Below, one piece after another: positions 17,986 through 26,715 of a DNA stretch of 35,476 bases. Origin of the DNA: a virus (taxonomy: Duplodnaviria > Caudoviricetes). The stretch lies in IMG/VR virus record IMGVR_UViG_3300046115_000085, positions 1 through 35,476 of that record; one strand, written 5' to 3'. The translations under genes and the position numbers were made by a program. The notes under the pieces are model-generated. The model had not been told where the DNA came from. It saw nothing but the letters and a program-made list of their open reading frames with translations, and did not search any database. Position 1 is the stretch's first letter. Each line of letters begins with the position of its first letter.

Positions 17986-20399
17986 GCTGCAACCTCGTCA
18001 ACCATGCCGATCGGCTTACCCTTGCCATCGAACTCGAGCCGCCGCTTGCGGGGAGCGCTCGTGAGCTTGATTAGCGTGGCCATCGCCTCGGCAAGGGTCT
18101 CTTGGCTCGCCGTAATCTGCGTTAGCAAGGACGCTTCCTTCTCCTCCCCAGCTTTGTCCTGCTCAAACTCCGTGGCCTGCTGCTCAATTGCCATCTTCGT
18201 CTTCTCGAGCTGCGCATTCATCGTGTTGAACAGCTCTTTAATATCAGTAGAGGCCCTGTCCTGCGTCATTTCGACGTCTTTCTTCGCGGAGTCCTTCGCC
18301 TGAAGCAGTACCTTGCCTTGGTAGTCAGACTTCACGGCGTGCAGCTTCTCCTTACCATCAACTTCCAAGCTGCGCTTCTCGAGCGTATTCAAAGTGCGCT
18401 GCTCTTGCAGTTGGACCTGCAGCTGCTCGATCTTCCCGGATGCCTCCGTGAGCTGCTTGCGCATTTGCTCGACCTGTGCAGCGGCTTGTGCCTGCGCCTT
18501 CGAGACCTCGAGCGCCGCAGCCTCCTCACGGGCCTGCATTTCCTTTTCCCGATTCTCCGGTGCCTTCATCTGCTCCAGTACGGCCTCGACCTGACGACCA
18601 AAGCGGAATCGCTTCGTAACTTCCATGAGGAAGACTTTCGCAGCTTCGAACGGCATCGTACCGTTCTCGATCAGAGGGGTGAGGCCACTCATCATCTGGC
18701 CAAAGGCATTCATGAACTCGGCAACAGCTTCTTTGTCCTCCGTCGCCTCGAGGTCGATTGTACTGTTTGTCTCAACATCAATGCGATAGGAGCGTTCGAA
18801 GTTGTCCTGCAGGATCTGGATGACCTCTTCCCAGGAAGGCGAGTTCATCATCGACATCTGGCCAGGGCTGACAGGTGGAGGGGGTGGTTGTGGTGGCGGT
18901 TGCTGCGTCTGCCCTTCCATCGGAGGCGGCACAGACTGCTGCGTCTGCTGTACTTGCATCTGATACTGCTGCATCGCCATCGCGTACTCTTGTTTCTGCT
19001 GCGCGGTAAGCAGGGGAGCCTTCGTGATTTGCTGCCAAGTCGCAAGGGAGAAATAGCTCGCCCCGAACTCGACTGTGATGCGGAACAGATCGCGACAGAA
19101 GTCCTGTACATCACGCTGGTGCTTCTTAACGCGCAATCCGCCCCAGTTGTTCTTGATCTGCTGTGCCTTGGCCGTCTCGTTCGGGTCACTCTGGCCCCGT
19201 TGAATGTCCGAGATGCCCATGATTTCGTAGATGGTCTGCTTGCAGTTCTGCTGCGCGGTGTAGAGCTCGGTCAGAGTCGCAACCAGCATATCAATGGGCA
19301 TAAACCAGATGGCCTTGTCGATGCCATCCTGGAAGGCTGCTGAAGACTCGGAGGGCACGAGGATGTTCTCGTCATCCTCGTTGAACATCATCTGCAGCTC
19401 TGTGTTCGCGCTGTTGTAGATGCCCTTTACCCGCAGGGCCCTGACAATCCGAATCATCCTGTTCGTGATGCGGTTCAGCTCCTCCGCCTGAGCCGTATAC
19501 ATTTTGTAAGGCACGATCGGGCAGAACTTGGCCAGCTTCCTCGTGTACATAAGGGGCCTAGGACACGGGAAGCGGCTGGTCAGCTTCTCTGGATACGGCT
19601 CCTCGAGCAGGACCTCCTCTTGCCATTGGCTGCACAGGTGCTTCACAACCTTGGTCTCGGCGTCCCACAGCTCCCAGACAAGCACGGCCTTCATATCGGA
19701 GTCTTGTTTCTCAGGCTTATCGCTGGCACCATCGCCAGTAACGTCCTTCTCCAGGGAGTCCCAGCTGAACCGTAGGTATTCCGGGGTCTTGCAGAACTCT
19801 GGGTATGCTTCCTCGAAGTCATACTTCGACAGGTCATGGCCAAAGGCAATCCAAGTCACCGAGCGCCACTTTCGCGCGGCCATCCAGACAAAGCGATCGT
19901 ACTGCACAGAGTCGTAGCAGATAGTCTGGTAGCCCTCTTCCTCGTGGTACCTGACCCGGACGTTTCCGAAGCCTGGCACGAGGGAGTTCAGAACGGCGTC
20001 CTGCGCAGCCTCGCTGTAGGACTCGTACTCTCCACTGTTCGTATCCGCGGCGTAGGAGCAGACCCGCTCTGCTACAGTCGAGACGGCTGAGTCGACCTTC
20101 TTCTGCACCTCATCCGTCTGGGTGTAGCGGCGAGAGACTTCAACACGTGGAGTGCTGTTGTAGAGAGCGGGGAGGAGCGTCTGGGTGTTGCTGTAGAGGA
20201 TGTTGAAGGAGGTGTCGGGCTGCCCACCTTCGTAGAGCTTAGTAGCCTTCCTGGCATCGTTTAGCCAGTCCTTCTGCAGGTCCTTGTAGCGCTTCTGGAT
20301 CTTCGCGAGCCAGTCTTTCGGCGTCGCCTCGGTCCGCGCTGGCTGCTTCGACTCAGAGGCCTGCAGCTCCGGATTATCTGCCGGTAGGAAGGTACTCAT
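17982..20399 (-). CDS. Portal protein with long C-terminal coiled coil
   Basis: 805 aa after TerL: FNILYSNTQTLLPALY, IYEIMGISDIQRG...ETAKAQQIK, YRIDVETNST motifs, and a C-terminal RRLEFDGKGKPIG. Confidence 0.88.
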   Translation of the reverse strand: MSTFLPADNPELQASESKQPARTEATPKDWLAKIQKRYKDLQKDWLNDARKATKLYEGGQPDTSFNILYSNTQTLLPALYNSTPRVEVSRRYTQTDEVQKKVDSAVSTVAERVCSYAADTNSGEYESYSEAAQDAVLNSLVPGFGNVRVRYHEEEGYQTICYDSVQYDRFVWMAARKWRSVTWIAFGHDLSKYDFEEAYPEFCKTPEYLRFSWDSLEKDVTGDGASDKPEKQDSDMKAVLVWELWDAETKVVKHLCSQWQEEVLLEEPYPEKLTSRFPCPRPLMYTRKLAKFCPIVPYKMYTAQAEELNRITNRMIRIVRALRVKGIYNSANTELQMMFNEDDENILVPSESSAAFQDGIDKAIWFMPIDMLVATLTELYTAQQNCKQTIYEIMGISDIQRGQSDPNETAKAQQIKNNWGGLRVKKHQRDVQDFCRDLFRITVEFGASYFSLATWQQITKAPLLTAQQKQEYAMAMQQYQMQVQQTQQSVPPPMEGQTQQPPPQPPPPPVSPGQMSMMNSPSWEEVIQILQDNFERSYRIDVETNSTIDLEATEDKEAVAEFMNAFGQMMSGLTPLIENGTMPFEAAKVFLMEVTKRFRFGRQVEAVLEQMKAPENREKEMQAREEAAALEVSKAQAQAAAQVEQMRKQLTEASGKIEQLQVQLQEQRTLNTLEKRSLEVDGKEKLHAVKSDYQGKVLLQAKDSAKKDVEMTQDRASTDIKELFNTMNAQLEKTKMAIEQQATEFEQDKAGEEKEASLLTQITASQETLAEAMATLIKLTSAPRKRRLEFDGKGKPIGMVDEVAA

Positions 20400-20418
20400 T
20401 CACGCTCCAAGTTTCGAC

Positions 20419-21915
20419 TTACCAGGGGGTAGTCGATTCGGCCAATCTTTTCTTGCGGTTCGATGCCAGCAGCTCATTAATGGTTGGCAAAGCCCGAATG
20501 TTCTTCCAGTCTATCTCGTCGTTCTTCGCCTCGTCAATGACCCACGGCCGGCTCATCGTGGCGTAGCGAGTTTCATCGACTGCGTGGTCTTCCCCATCCG
20601 TGTCCAGGTCCTCGACGTTCTTATCGTCGTGCTGCATCGTCGGAAGGGTCCGTATTGTGTCGGCGCAGGTCTCGAGGAAGTAGAGACCAGCTTGGCCCGC
20701 CCGAACCCGCATCCTGGTCCGCATCGACTGCCAGCCAGCGAGGCGCTTGTTATCCGCCCGTCCCCAGGTAATGTTCTTCGACAGCATCAGCTCAGCGATC
20801 GAGGGCCCTCCGTCCCGCGTGAAAATAGATGGATCGGCTACCCCATACCGCACCTTCAGGCCGTATTGCCGCTGCAGGTCGAGATCACGCTCCTTGACTC
20901 CCTCAGCGACGAGGGGTGCGTCTAGGCGAATTCCCTCGTTCGGCCGGCCTGTACAGCCGTACCACTCGAGAATCTTGACCATCGCGCCTCGCGGGGGACC
21001 CCAGGTCCCATCCGCCACAGCGTACCAGCCGCAGGAGAAGGGCTTCGCATAGCCCCAGTCAAACGCGCGGAACACCAGGGAGCTCTTCGGCACTCGCTCG
21101 ATCCAATCTCCTGGCAGCACGTGGATGAGGGGGTCAAATTCCGAGAAGAACGCGCCGTCGATGATGTCCCACTTGCCGAACAGCCAAGCCTCGACGAGTT
21201 GCTTCGAACCGGCCTGTTGCAGCTGTGCTGCATACATCGGATTCCCGTCCATCAGCAACTTGTTATCCGAAAGCTTCGACGGGATGAAGACGCGCTCTGT
21301 TATAAGCCCTTTCCCATTAAAGGGATTAATCCAATTCTCCCTCAGGATTTGATACCCAAGAGGCGCCGGATCAATGTAGCGATGCTTGACCCAACCGTGG
21401 CCTGGCCCACCAGGATTGCCCGTAAGCCGCAAGCCCCAGGCTTCCTGCGGGACTCGAGTACTTCGTAGTGTTGCTCGAAGCTTGTCGATTGGAGCCGGAG
21501 AGGGGAAGTTGGTGGCTTCTTCGATATAAAGCCGTGTGTAAGAGTGGCCTTGGTAGTTCTCGGCGTCCTTATCCCTTTCGAGATAGCGGAAGGCGAGACG
21601 CGCACCATTTGGGAAGAGAAACCTCTTCTTTTGCTCATGCCAGCGAGCTCCTAACGGGGTGAAGATCTCATGCGCGCGGCTCATTACCTCCGAGAGCTGC
21701 GGCAGGGTCCTGCGGAAGAAGACTCCAATAGCGCCCTTTCCCCAGGTTTGTTGGTGTTCCAGCCAATCTCCGAGCATCCCATCCGTCTTGCCACCGCCGC
21801 GCGCCCCACCGAAGAAGACCTCATGCGTGGGACAAGCGATTAGTGCGGTCTGTGGGCCAGCCTGGGGACGCCAGACAACCTCAAACTGGTCCAGGTTCTT
21901 CTGAGAACTCGACAT
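20419..21915 (-). CDS. terL: Terminase large subunit
   Basis: PQAGPQ Q-motif, Walker A GGARGGGKT, Walker B LYIEE, TGNPGG coupling motif, RNase H-like FDWG and EDHAVDETRY. Confidence 0.95.
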   Translation of the reverse strand: MSSSQKNLDQFEVVWRPQAGPQTALIACPTHEVFFGGARGGGKTDGMLGDWLEHQQTWGKGAIGVFFRRTLPQLSEVMSRAHEIFTPLGARWHEQKKRFLFPNGARLAFRYLERDKDAENYQGHSYTRLYIEEATNFPSPAPIDKLRATLRSTRVPQEAWGLRLTGNPGGPGHGWVKHRYIDPAPLGYQILRENWINPFNGKGLITERVFIPSKLSDNKLLMDGNPMYAAQLQQAGSKQLVEAWLFGKWDIIDGAFFSEFDPLIHVLPGDWIERVPKSSLVFRAFDWGYAKPFSCGWYAVADGTWGPPRGAMVKILEWYGCTGRPNEGIRLDAPLVAEGVKERDLDLQRQYGLKVRYGVADPSIFTRDGGPSIAELMLSKNITWGRADNKRLAGWQSMRTRMRVRAGQAGLYFLETCADTIRTLPTMQHDDKNVEDLDTDGEDHAVDETRYATMSRPWVIDEAKNDEIDWKNIRALPTINELLASNRKKRLAESTTPW

Positions 21916-22378
21916 CTACCGCCCTTTGGGCTGCGCGGTGGGGAGAGAAGGAGGTCCTCCATGCATCGCTGTTTAGCTCTTTCGCCGGCACCACTGCAAC
22001 TGGGTGGAAATGGACAGAGACTGGGGCCTGCCCCCCTACTTTCGAGCCGTAGCCGAGGGCCCGTGCCGAGATGTCCAGCGCTTTCAGCGCCGTATGCTCA
22101 CTGCGAGTCGCGTGGAGCTTCTCCAGCACAATTTCCATCGAGAGGGAGGCGAGCGCCTTGAACTTCTCTTCAATCGTCGCCCTAATAACTGGGTCCACCA
22201 GCTCCGACTTGCGCTCCTCGAGCCTCTCTTTAAACGCATCACTATTAAAGATGATTGAGATCCAGGTCTGCGTGTAGCCAAAGACGGCGGCAATCTCGCC
22301 CTGCGCGAGCGAGGGATTCGCCACGATAAGATCGATCATCCCATCGTGCGTGTACTTTACCTTTTGAATTTCAGCCAT
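21881..22378 (-). CDS. Putative terminase small subunit (HTH)
   Basis: Start reassigned to ATG 22378 (GGAGG RBS): MAEIQKVKYTH...LAQGEIAAVFGYTQTWISII HTH-like segment. Overlaps the TerL start. Confidence 0.7.
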   Translation of the reverse strand: MAEIQKVKYTHDGMIDLIVANPSLAQGEIAAVFGYTQTWISIIFNSDAFKERLEERKSELVDPVIRATIEEKFKALASLSMEIVLEKLHATRSEHTALKALDISARALGYGSKVGGQAPVSVHFHPVAVVPAKELNSDAWRTSFSPHRAAQRAVDVEFSEEPGPV

Positions 22379-22642
22379 ACTGCCTCCGACGTGAGCCGAA
22401 GCCCGCAGGATACCCCCCGGCTTCTTTTTTGTCCAGCCGAACGAGGCAGGTGGAGTTGGGAGGTCCAGCCGAATTACCCAGGCGGAGTCGAGAGGGAAAG
22501 CCGTAAAGGTAGAAGTAGTAGCGGGAGTCCCTTCCGTGCAGTACCCCCCCATGTTGCGTAGCAACATCACTTTAAGGTTTAAGCGATGCTGCGATGCAAC
22601 AAGGCCGACTATGTGCGCGATGCACACAGCCGGCCGGTTGCA

Positions 22643-23098
22643 TTACGCTGATTGCATCCGGGCTAGGATGGATGCGCCGTCAATCTTAGCCGATGGCATA
22701 TGTGCCGCAGCCGCGGGGCATGCCGCGAACACAGCGCGCTTCTCGCTCGGTTTCATGCCCGACCACAGAGCGGCAGTTGCGTCCGTTGCCTCGAATGCAT
22801 CGGCCGCGATCAGTGCCGCGTACATGTTGGCAAACTCGGTCGCCGGTTTCGGTTCGGAGGTGCCATCGCGGTATGACCAGGTACCGTCGCGCAATCCATT
22901 GGCGCGTTTGGTCATCTTCGCGATGCGCTCGCCTTCGTCGGTTCCGACTGGAACCGCGCCCGCGTCGGAGATGATTTGCTTCAGACCGTAGGCGATTACG
23001 GCATTGATCAGGCTCGGGTGGAGGTCGGCAATGACGAAGGGAAAATCACCCCACGAAATGACGCCGTTCAGAACGGTGATGCGGGTTTTGGTTGACAT
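22643..23098 (-). CDS. Early hypothetical protein, paralog of 24941..25492
   Basis: Own sigma70 promoter and AGGAG RBS. Shares YGLKQIISDAGA / HGLDQKFGDAFA, GTW / GDW, EK and the C-terminal IDGASILARM motif. Confidence 0.75.
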   Translation of the reverse strand: MSTKTRITVLNGVISWGDFPFVIADLHPSLINAVIAYGLKQIISDAGAVPVGTDEGERIAKMTKRANGLRDGTWSYRDGTSEPKPATEFANMYAALIAADAFEATDATAALWSGMKPSEKRAVFAACPAAAAHMPSAKIDGASILARMQSA

Positions 23099-23141
23099 TT
23101 GCTAGCTCCTAGTGATCCGGTCGCGTTTCGACCGTGCTGCA

Positions 23142-23170
23142 AGTATGCGCCGATCCCGTTCGATTGTCAA
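23142..23170 (-). promoter_or_regulatory. Sigma70 promoter
   Basis: Minus strand TTGACA (23170-23165), 17-bp spacer, CATACT (23147-23142). Confidence 0.75.
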
Positions 23171-23275
23171 GGGAAAACCGACCGTTCGTCGGCGCGATCG
23201 GCATCCCTTATCGACGGGACGCGGCAACTAAGCGGGTAACATCTGGGAATGACTGGGAGCTTACGTAACACGACC

Positions 23276-23552
23276 GTATTACCCCTAACCCCAATTAATC
23301 CCAATTACTCCCAAATGGCCAGCTGAGGCATCACCCCACCCTAAAACCGTATCACGGTTCCACAGTATAACCTTATCCTAATTCCATACTAAGTTTCTAA
23401 AGCGACACACTCTTCTAAAGCACTGCAAAAATTTTTTTTATAATAAGAATGGAGGGAGGAAAGAATACTGTGGAATCGGGAAGGGAGGGGGGGGGTACCC
23501 GTGAGCTGGCCAATTGGGAATAACTGGGGATAACTGGGGTTAGGAGCAATAC
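23276..23552. repeat. Large imperfect inverted repeat with 10-bp-periodic subrepeats and AT-rich core (candidate replication origin)
   Basis: Arms 23276-23324 and 23504-23552 match at 41/49 by manual alignment. Inner arms TTCCACAGTAT at 23358-23368 and 23465-23475. The core contains AAAAATTTTTTTTATAATAA. Confidence 0.75.
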
Positions 23553-23627
23553 ACGTTGCCGTTCCACATTATCCCAGTCTCAGATACACTAATTAGGCCC
23601 GTTCAACACCATAAAGGAAAACCCACT

Positions 23628-24128
23628 ATGTCATCTAGCCGTAATCCGCAAGCCTATCCTATTGAGCTCTGGGACATCTTTAGGAGGGTCGGGAATGGTG
23701 AGGAGATTATGTTCCAATTCCCTACGATTCAGAAGGCCCGGTACTTCACGAATAAGGCGAACGGCTTTCGCCGCGCGGTCCGCTATCAGACGGACAGCTC
23801 GCGCGCGCCCGAGGGCCTGTTCACACCGACCGAGCTGCACGAGCTTAAGATGCTGCGGCAAGAGGTCGATAAAGTTGAGCTGCGCAGCCCGCAGCAGCTC
23901 GATAACGGCTCCTGGCAGGTGACCGCGCAGAACCGCAACACGAGCTGGTTTGCCGATGCCGTCCGCAGCGGCGTGTCGATGGGGATTAAGAATCCCCCGG
24001 TAAGAGATGAGATCGCTTTGAAGGCGGATGAATCGGCCCTTCGGGTACAGGTGTTGCTTACGGAGGAGACACTGTCCACACCAGCAACGCTGTCCGAGCG
24101 GGCCCGGAAGTATCTCGGAATTGGTTAG
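23628..24128 (+). CDS. Early hypothetical protein
   Basis: ATG 23628 after AAAGGAAA: MSSSRNPQAYPIELWDIFRR... Confidence 0.7.
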   Translation: MSSSRNPQAYPIELWDIFRRVGNGEEIMFQFPTIQKARYFTNKANGFRRAVRYQTDSSRAPEGLFTPTELHELKMLRQEVDKVELRSPQQLDNGSWQVTAQNRNTSWFADAVRSGVSMGIKNPPVRDEIALKADESALRVQVLLTEETLSTPATLSERARKYLGIG

Positions 24129-24221
24129 CAGCTCTTGCCTCCCGGGTAGCCCCATACTGATAAGGGAGTAACTCCTCCTGAGGCAGCGTACGGGTCCGGG
24201 GGGCATCTACAGTTAGCTAAC

Positions 24222-24249
24222 AAAGCGAAAGGGGCCGATTGGCCCCTCT
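24222..24249 (-). terminator. Hairpin terminator between convergent genes
   Basis: GGGGCC-GATT-GGCCCC hairpin, followed on the minus strand by TTTCGCTTT. Confidence 0.55.
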
Positions 24250-24296
24250 CCCTGCGGTCGCAATTTAAAGCCGCCACGCCGCGCGGCCGTGCTCCT

Positions 24297-24518
24297 TCAG
24301 TCTCGCATTTTGTAGATCGCCAGTCCTACCTGAGGCTCGAGCTGATCAGCCGCCTCGTTGAGCAGCTCAGCGATTCTTTGATGGACATACAGTCCTTCCA
24401 CAGGCCCCTCAACATCATCAACCGCGCGCAGGTCGCACAAACGCATGAGATTTTTGTAGCGCAGTGCAGCAAGGTCTCTTCCCAACTGGATCACGGCAAG
24501 ACATTCGGATCGGGTCAT
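24297..24518 (-). CDS. Hypothetical protein
   Basis: 73 aa; ATGA overlap with the upstream gene. Confidence 0.55.
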   Translation of the reverse strand: MTRSECLAVIQLGRDLAALRYKNLMRLCDLRAVDDVEGPVEGLYVHQRIAELLNEAADQLEPQVGLAIYKMRD

Positions 24519-24739
24519 TTCACCACCACCTTTCCAGCCTTACGACTAACTTGTGCAAACCAGCTACGCTTCGGGTGATTCGTGACGAATTCGACTCGGC
24601 CCTCAGGGATGTGCTGCAGGCAGAAGTCCCTCGGGGTGAAGTAGGATGGGTCATTGGCCCAGACTTCTCTGCCGCTCAAAAGCGCCAGTCGAAGGGACTT
24701 CTTCGTGGGGTACAGAACAGGGTTAACAATGCACGGCAT
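24515..24739 (-). CDS. Hypothetical protein
   Basis: 74 aa with a GGAGG RBS; YPTKKSLR...RSWFAQV...VVVK resembles small early phage proteins. Confidence 0.6.
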   Translation of the reverse strand: MPCIVNPVLYPTKKSLRLALLSGREVWANDPSYFTPRDFCLQHIPEGRVEFVTNHPKRSWFAQVSRKAGKVVVK

Positions 24740-24803
24740 CCTTGCCTCCAGTCAGCCGACAATACGGCGATATGTAATGATGCCACAATACGACCCGCTC
24801 GCC

Positions 24804-24847
24804 TATCCCGCATTCACGGTATGGCACATATCCCGCATTCACGGTAT
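24804..24847. repeat. Tandem 19-bp direct repeat in a divergent intergenic region (candidate operator)
   Basis: TATCCCGCATTCACGGTAT at 24804-24822 and 24829-24847. Confidence 0.8.
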
Positions 24848-24940
24848 CCCACCCCCTGCCGAGGCGCGTTTCGGATACTATTAATGAACCGGCGCGCATC
24901 TCACGCTGGCCACCACTAACCAACCTTAAGAGGGAACTAT

Positions 24941-25492
24941 ATGCCACAAGTTGCCATGCAAGACGGACAGTCGATCGAGTTCAGCGAGAAGGGAAAGGTC
25001 AAGAAGCTTTCCTACATCAATGAACAGACCGGCGCGCTGGTGGTCCGTTTCGCCTTCGTGAATGGCGAATACCGTGACTTCACTATGGACGGCGCAAGCG
25101 CGCTGCTCCCGCACGCAGCCCTGCACGGCCTGGATCAGAAATTCGGCGACGCCTTCGCAGGCGAAACGGATGTCGAGGACTGCATCGCAGCCTTCGAAGA
25201 CATGAGCGATCGGATCACGAAGGGCGACTGGAACAAGACTCGCGAAGGTGGCGGTTTCTCGGGCTTCAGCGTTCTGGCTCGTGCGCTGGTAGAAGTCACC
25301 GGGCAGACCAAGGAACAGGTCAAGGCTTTCTTGGGCACGCTGTCAGGCGCGGAAAAGGCTGTCCTGCGCAAGACCGAACCGGTCGCCAGCAAAGTCGCCG
25401 AGCTCGAGGCCGGCAAGGCCAAGAAGTCCGGCGTCGATGGTGCAGCCCTGCTCGCTGTCCTGCAGTCCGGCAAGACCGCACCTGCCGCGTAA
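24941..25492 (+). CDS. Early hypothetical protein, probably highly expressed
   Basis: 183 aa with a GAGAGGG RBS, strong C-ending codon bias and its own terminator; paralog of 22643..23098. Confidence 0.8.
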   Translation: MPQVAMQDGQSIEFSEKGKVKKLSYINEQTGALVVRFAFVNGEYRDFTMDGASALLPHAALHGLDQKFGDAFAGETDVEDCIAAFEDMSDRITKGDWNKTREGGGFSGFSVLARALVEVTGQTKEQVKAFLGTLSGAEKAVLRKTEPVASKVAELEAGKAKKSGVDGAALLAVLQSGKTAPAA

Positions 25493-25533
25493 CTTCCTCC
25501 TAGTGGTCGCAGCCACCCCGCTGCTCCCACCTT

Positions 25534-25561
25534 GGGCCGGTCTTCGGATCGGCCCTTTTTT
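25534..25561 (+). terminator. Rho-independent terminator
   Basis: GGGCCGGTC-TTCG-GATCGGCCC-TTTTTT. Confidence 0.9.
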
Positions 25562-25579
25562 CTTCGCTTCTCGTGGTTG

Positions 25580-25608
25580 TTGACAATTCCACAAAACGCG
25601 CGTATACT
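25580..25608 (+). promoter_or_regulatory. Near-consensus sigma70 promoter
   Basis: TTGACA, 17-bp spacer, TATACT. The spacer starts ATTCCACA. Confidence 0.85.
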
Positions 25609-25660
25609 CATTCCACGCTCATAGAAGCGTTTTCACCACTTACCACTAGGAACAGACCAC

Positions 25661-26134
25661 ATGGCGACAACACTTGAAGGCTTGCTAGCAAAGGTACATG
25701 AAGAACAGGCGAGGAAAGCTAGCCGCAAGCGCACAAACGGCTTCACCTACCACCCCGATCACGAAGCCGACTGGTGCGAGGTCTATCGGCATGAAGGCTG
25801 GCAGGCTCGCGTGTGGCATACAGTTTGCAATACCTGCGGCGCGGAACAGACCGGCCTCGAGGGACTGTATGAAGTGCGCAAGCACCCACGCCTGCCCGAC
25901 ACCATTAGCAAGCGGGTCACGGCCGAGGCCTTCGCACAGTGCCCAGACGAATTTTCCCTTGACATCTCCCTTCAGACAGAATACACTCCTGTTTGCCTCT
26001 CCTGCCTCGTGAATGACGATGCGCTTATCAAGGACTTAATCCATGCCCAGACCCAAGTCGATTACGCCGAAAGCGAAGTGGCACATAGTAGTGCCGCAGG
26101 AGCTGGATGCGAAGGTCAAAGTCTTGCTGCATGA
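25661..26134 (+). CDS. Hypothetical zinc-binding protein
   Basis: CNTC and CLSC pairs; AGGA RBS downstream of the promoter. Confidence 0.65.
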   Translation: MATTLEGLLAKVHEEQARKASRKRTNGFTYHPDHEADWCEVYRHEGWQARVWHTVCNTCGAEQTGLEGLYEVRKHPRLPDTISKRVTAEAFAQCPDEFSLDISLQTEYTPVCLSCLVNDDALIKDLIHAQTQVDYAESEVAHSSAAGAGCEGQSLAA

Positions 26135-26246
26135 CCAGAATTACGAGGACGGCTTTGCGCCCGGCGCTCTGTCGGACTTCGTTACGAAGGCGGTGGAGCA
26201 CTACATCAGGTTGCTAGTGTCACACGTACCACAGGAGCTGCCATGA
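26043..26246 (+). CDS. Putative ribbon-helix-helix DNA-binding protein
   Basis: MPRPK...WHIVVPQELDAKV...ALSDFVTKAVEHYI fits the Arc/CopG RHH pattern; AAGGA RBS. Confidence 0.6.
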   Translation: MPRPKSITPKAKWHIVVPQELDAKVKVLLHDQNYEDGFAPGALSDFVTKAVEHYIRLLVSHVPQELP

Positions 26247-26521
26247 CACGCTGCATTTTGTTCCCAGATGGAAGAAGGCAAGAGTTAGACCGTAAGCACT
26301 CGTTCAAGGAGCTATACCCGCTAGTTGGACATGATCTCTTCGAGCCGATCAACCTTCGAGATGGCCACTACATGCTCGTGGACGAATCTGCCTATCTACG
26401 GAAGGAGCAGCCAAAGCCTAACTTTGAGGCCACTCGGCTCTACCACGGCATTTGCCACCCAGGGACTACACATTTGATCCTTGGCACCGTAGTTATCTGC
26501 CCCGAAGAGGACCTGAACTAA
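26243..26521 (+). CDS. DUF3846-like protein
   Basis: LYPLVG...FEPINL...MLVDE...PNFEAT...ILGTVVI pattern. Confidence 0.6.
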   Translation: MTRCILFPDGRRQELDRKHSFKELYPLVGHDLFEPINLRDGHYMLVDESAYLRKEQPKPNFEATRLYHGICHPGTTHLILGTVVICPEEDLN

Positions 26522-26715
26522 TGGCCCAGTGCGACCGCATTACGGCAGACGAGATGCAGCTGTTCGCCTCTCGCCTGTTGAAGAAGCCCAGCTGCGACGT
26601 GACGATACGAGAGGCAATAGCAGCGCTGCCCGCCCTCCGCCTGTATCGCAACGGAGCGAGCGCTCTCGCCGTCTTCAACTGCTATAAGAAGACATTCGAG
26701 GAGATAGTCGAGTGA
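26521..26715 (+). CDS. Hypothetical protein
   Basis: Start reassigned to ATG 26521 (TAATG overlap): MAQCDRITADEMQLF... Confidence 0.55.
   Translation: MAQCDRITADEMQLFASRLLKKPSCDVTIREAIAALPALRLYRNGASALAVFNCYKKTFEEIVE

Noticed and set aside
15-22561. Many plus-strand ORFs over the structural module (e.g. 15..485, 9922..10884, 18318..19343, 3999..4700)
   Set aside because: These are antisense shadows of coupled minus-strand genes, expected with GC-rich codon bias, and have no recognisable motifs.
21881-22627. 248-aa version of the TerS ORF
   Set aside because: The N-terminal 83 aa lack an RBS and cross a probable regulatory gap. ATG 22378 has a GGAGG RBS.
23358-23572. TTCCACA motifs as DnaA boxes
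   Set aside because: They differ from TT(A/T)TNCACA at two positions and have a conserved nTAY extension that DnaA boxes lack.
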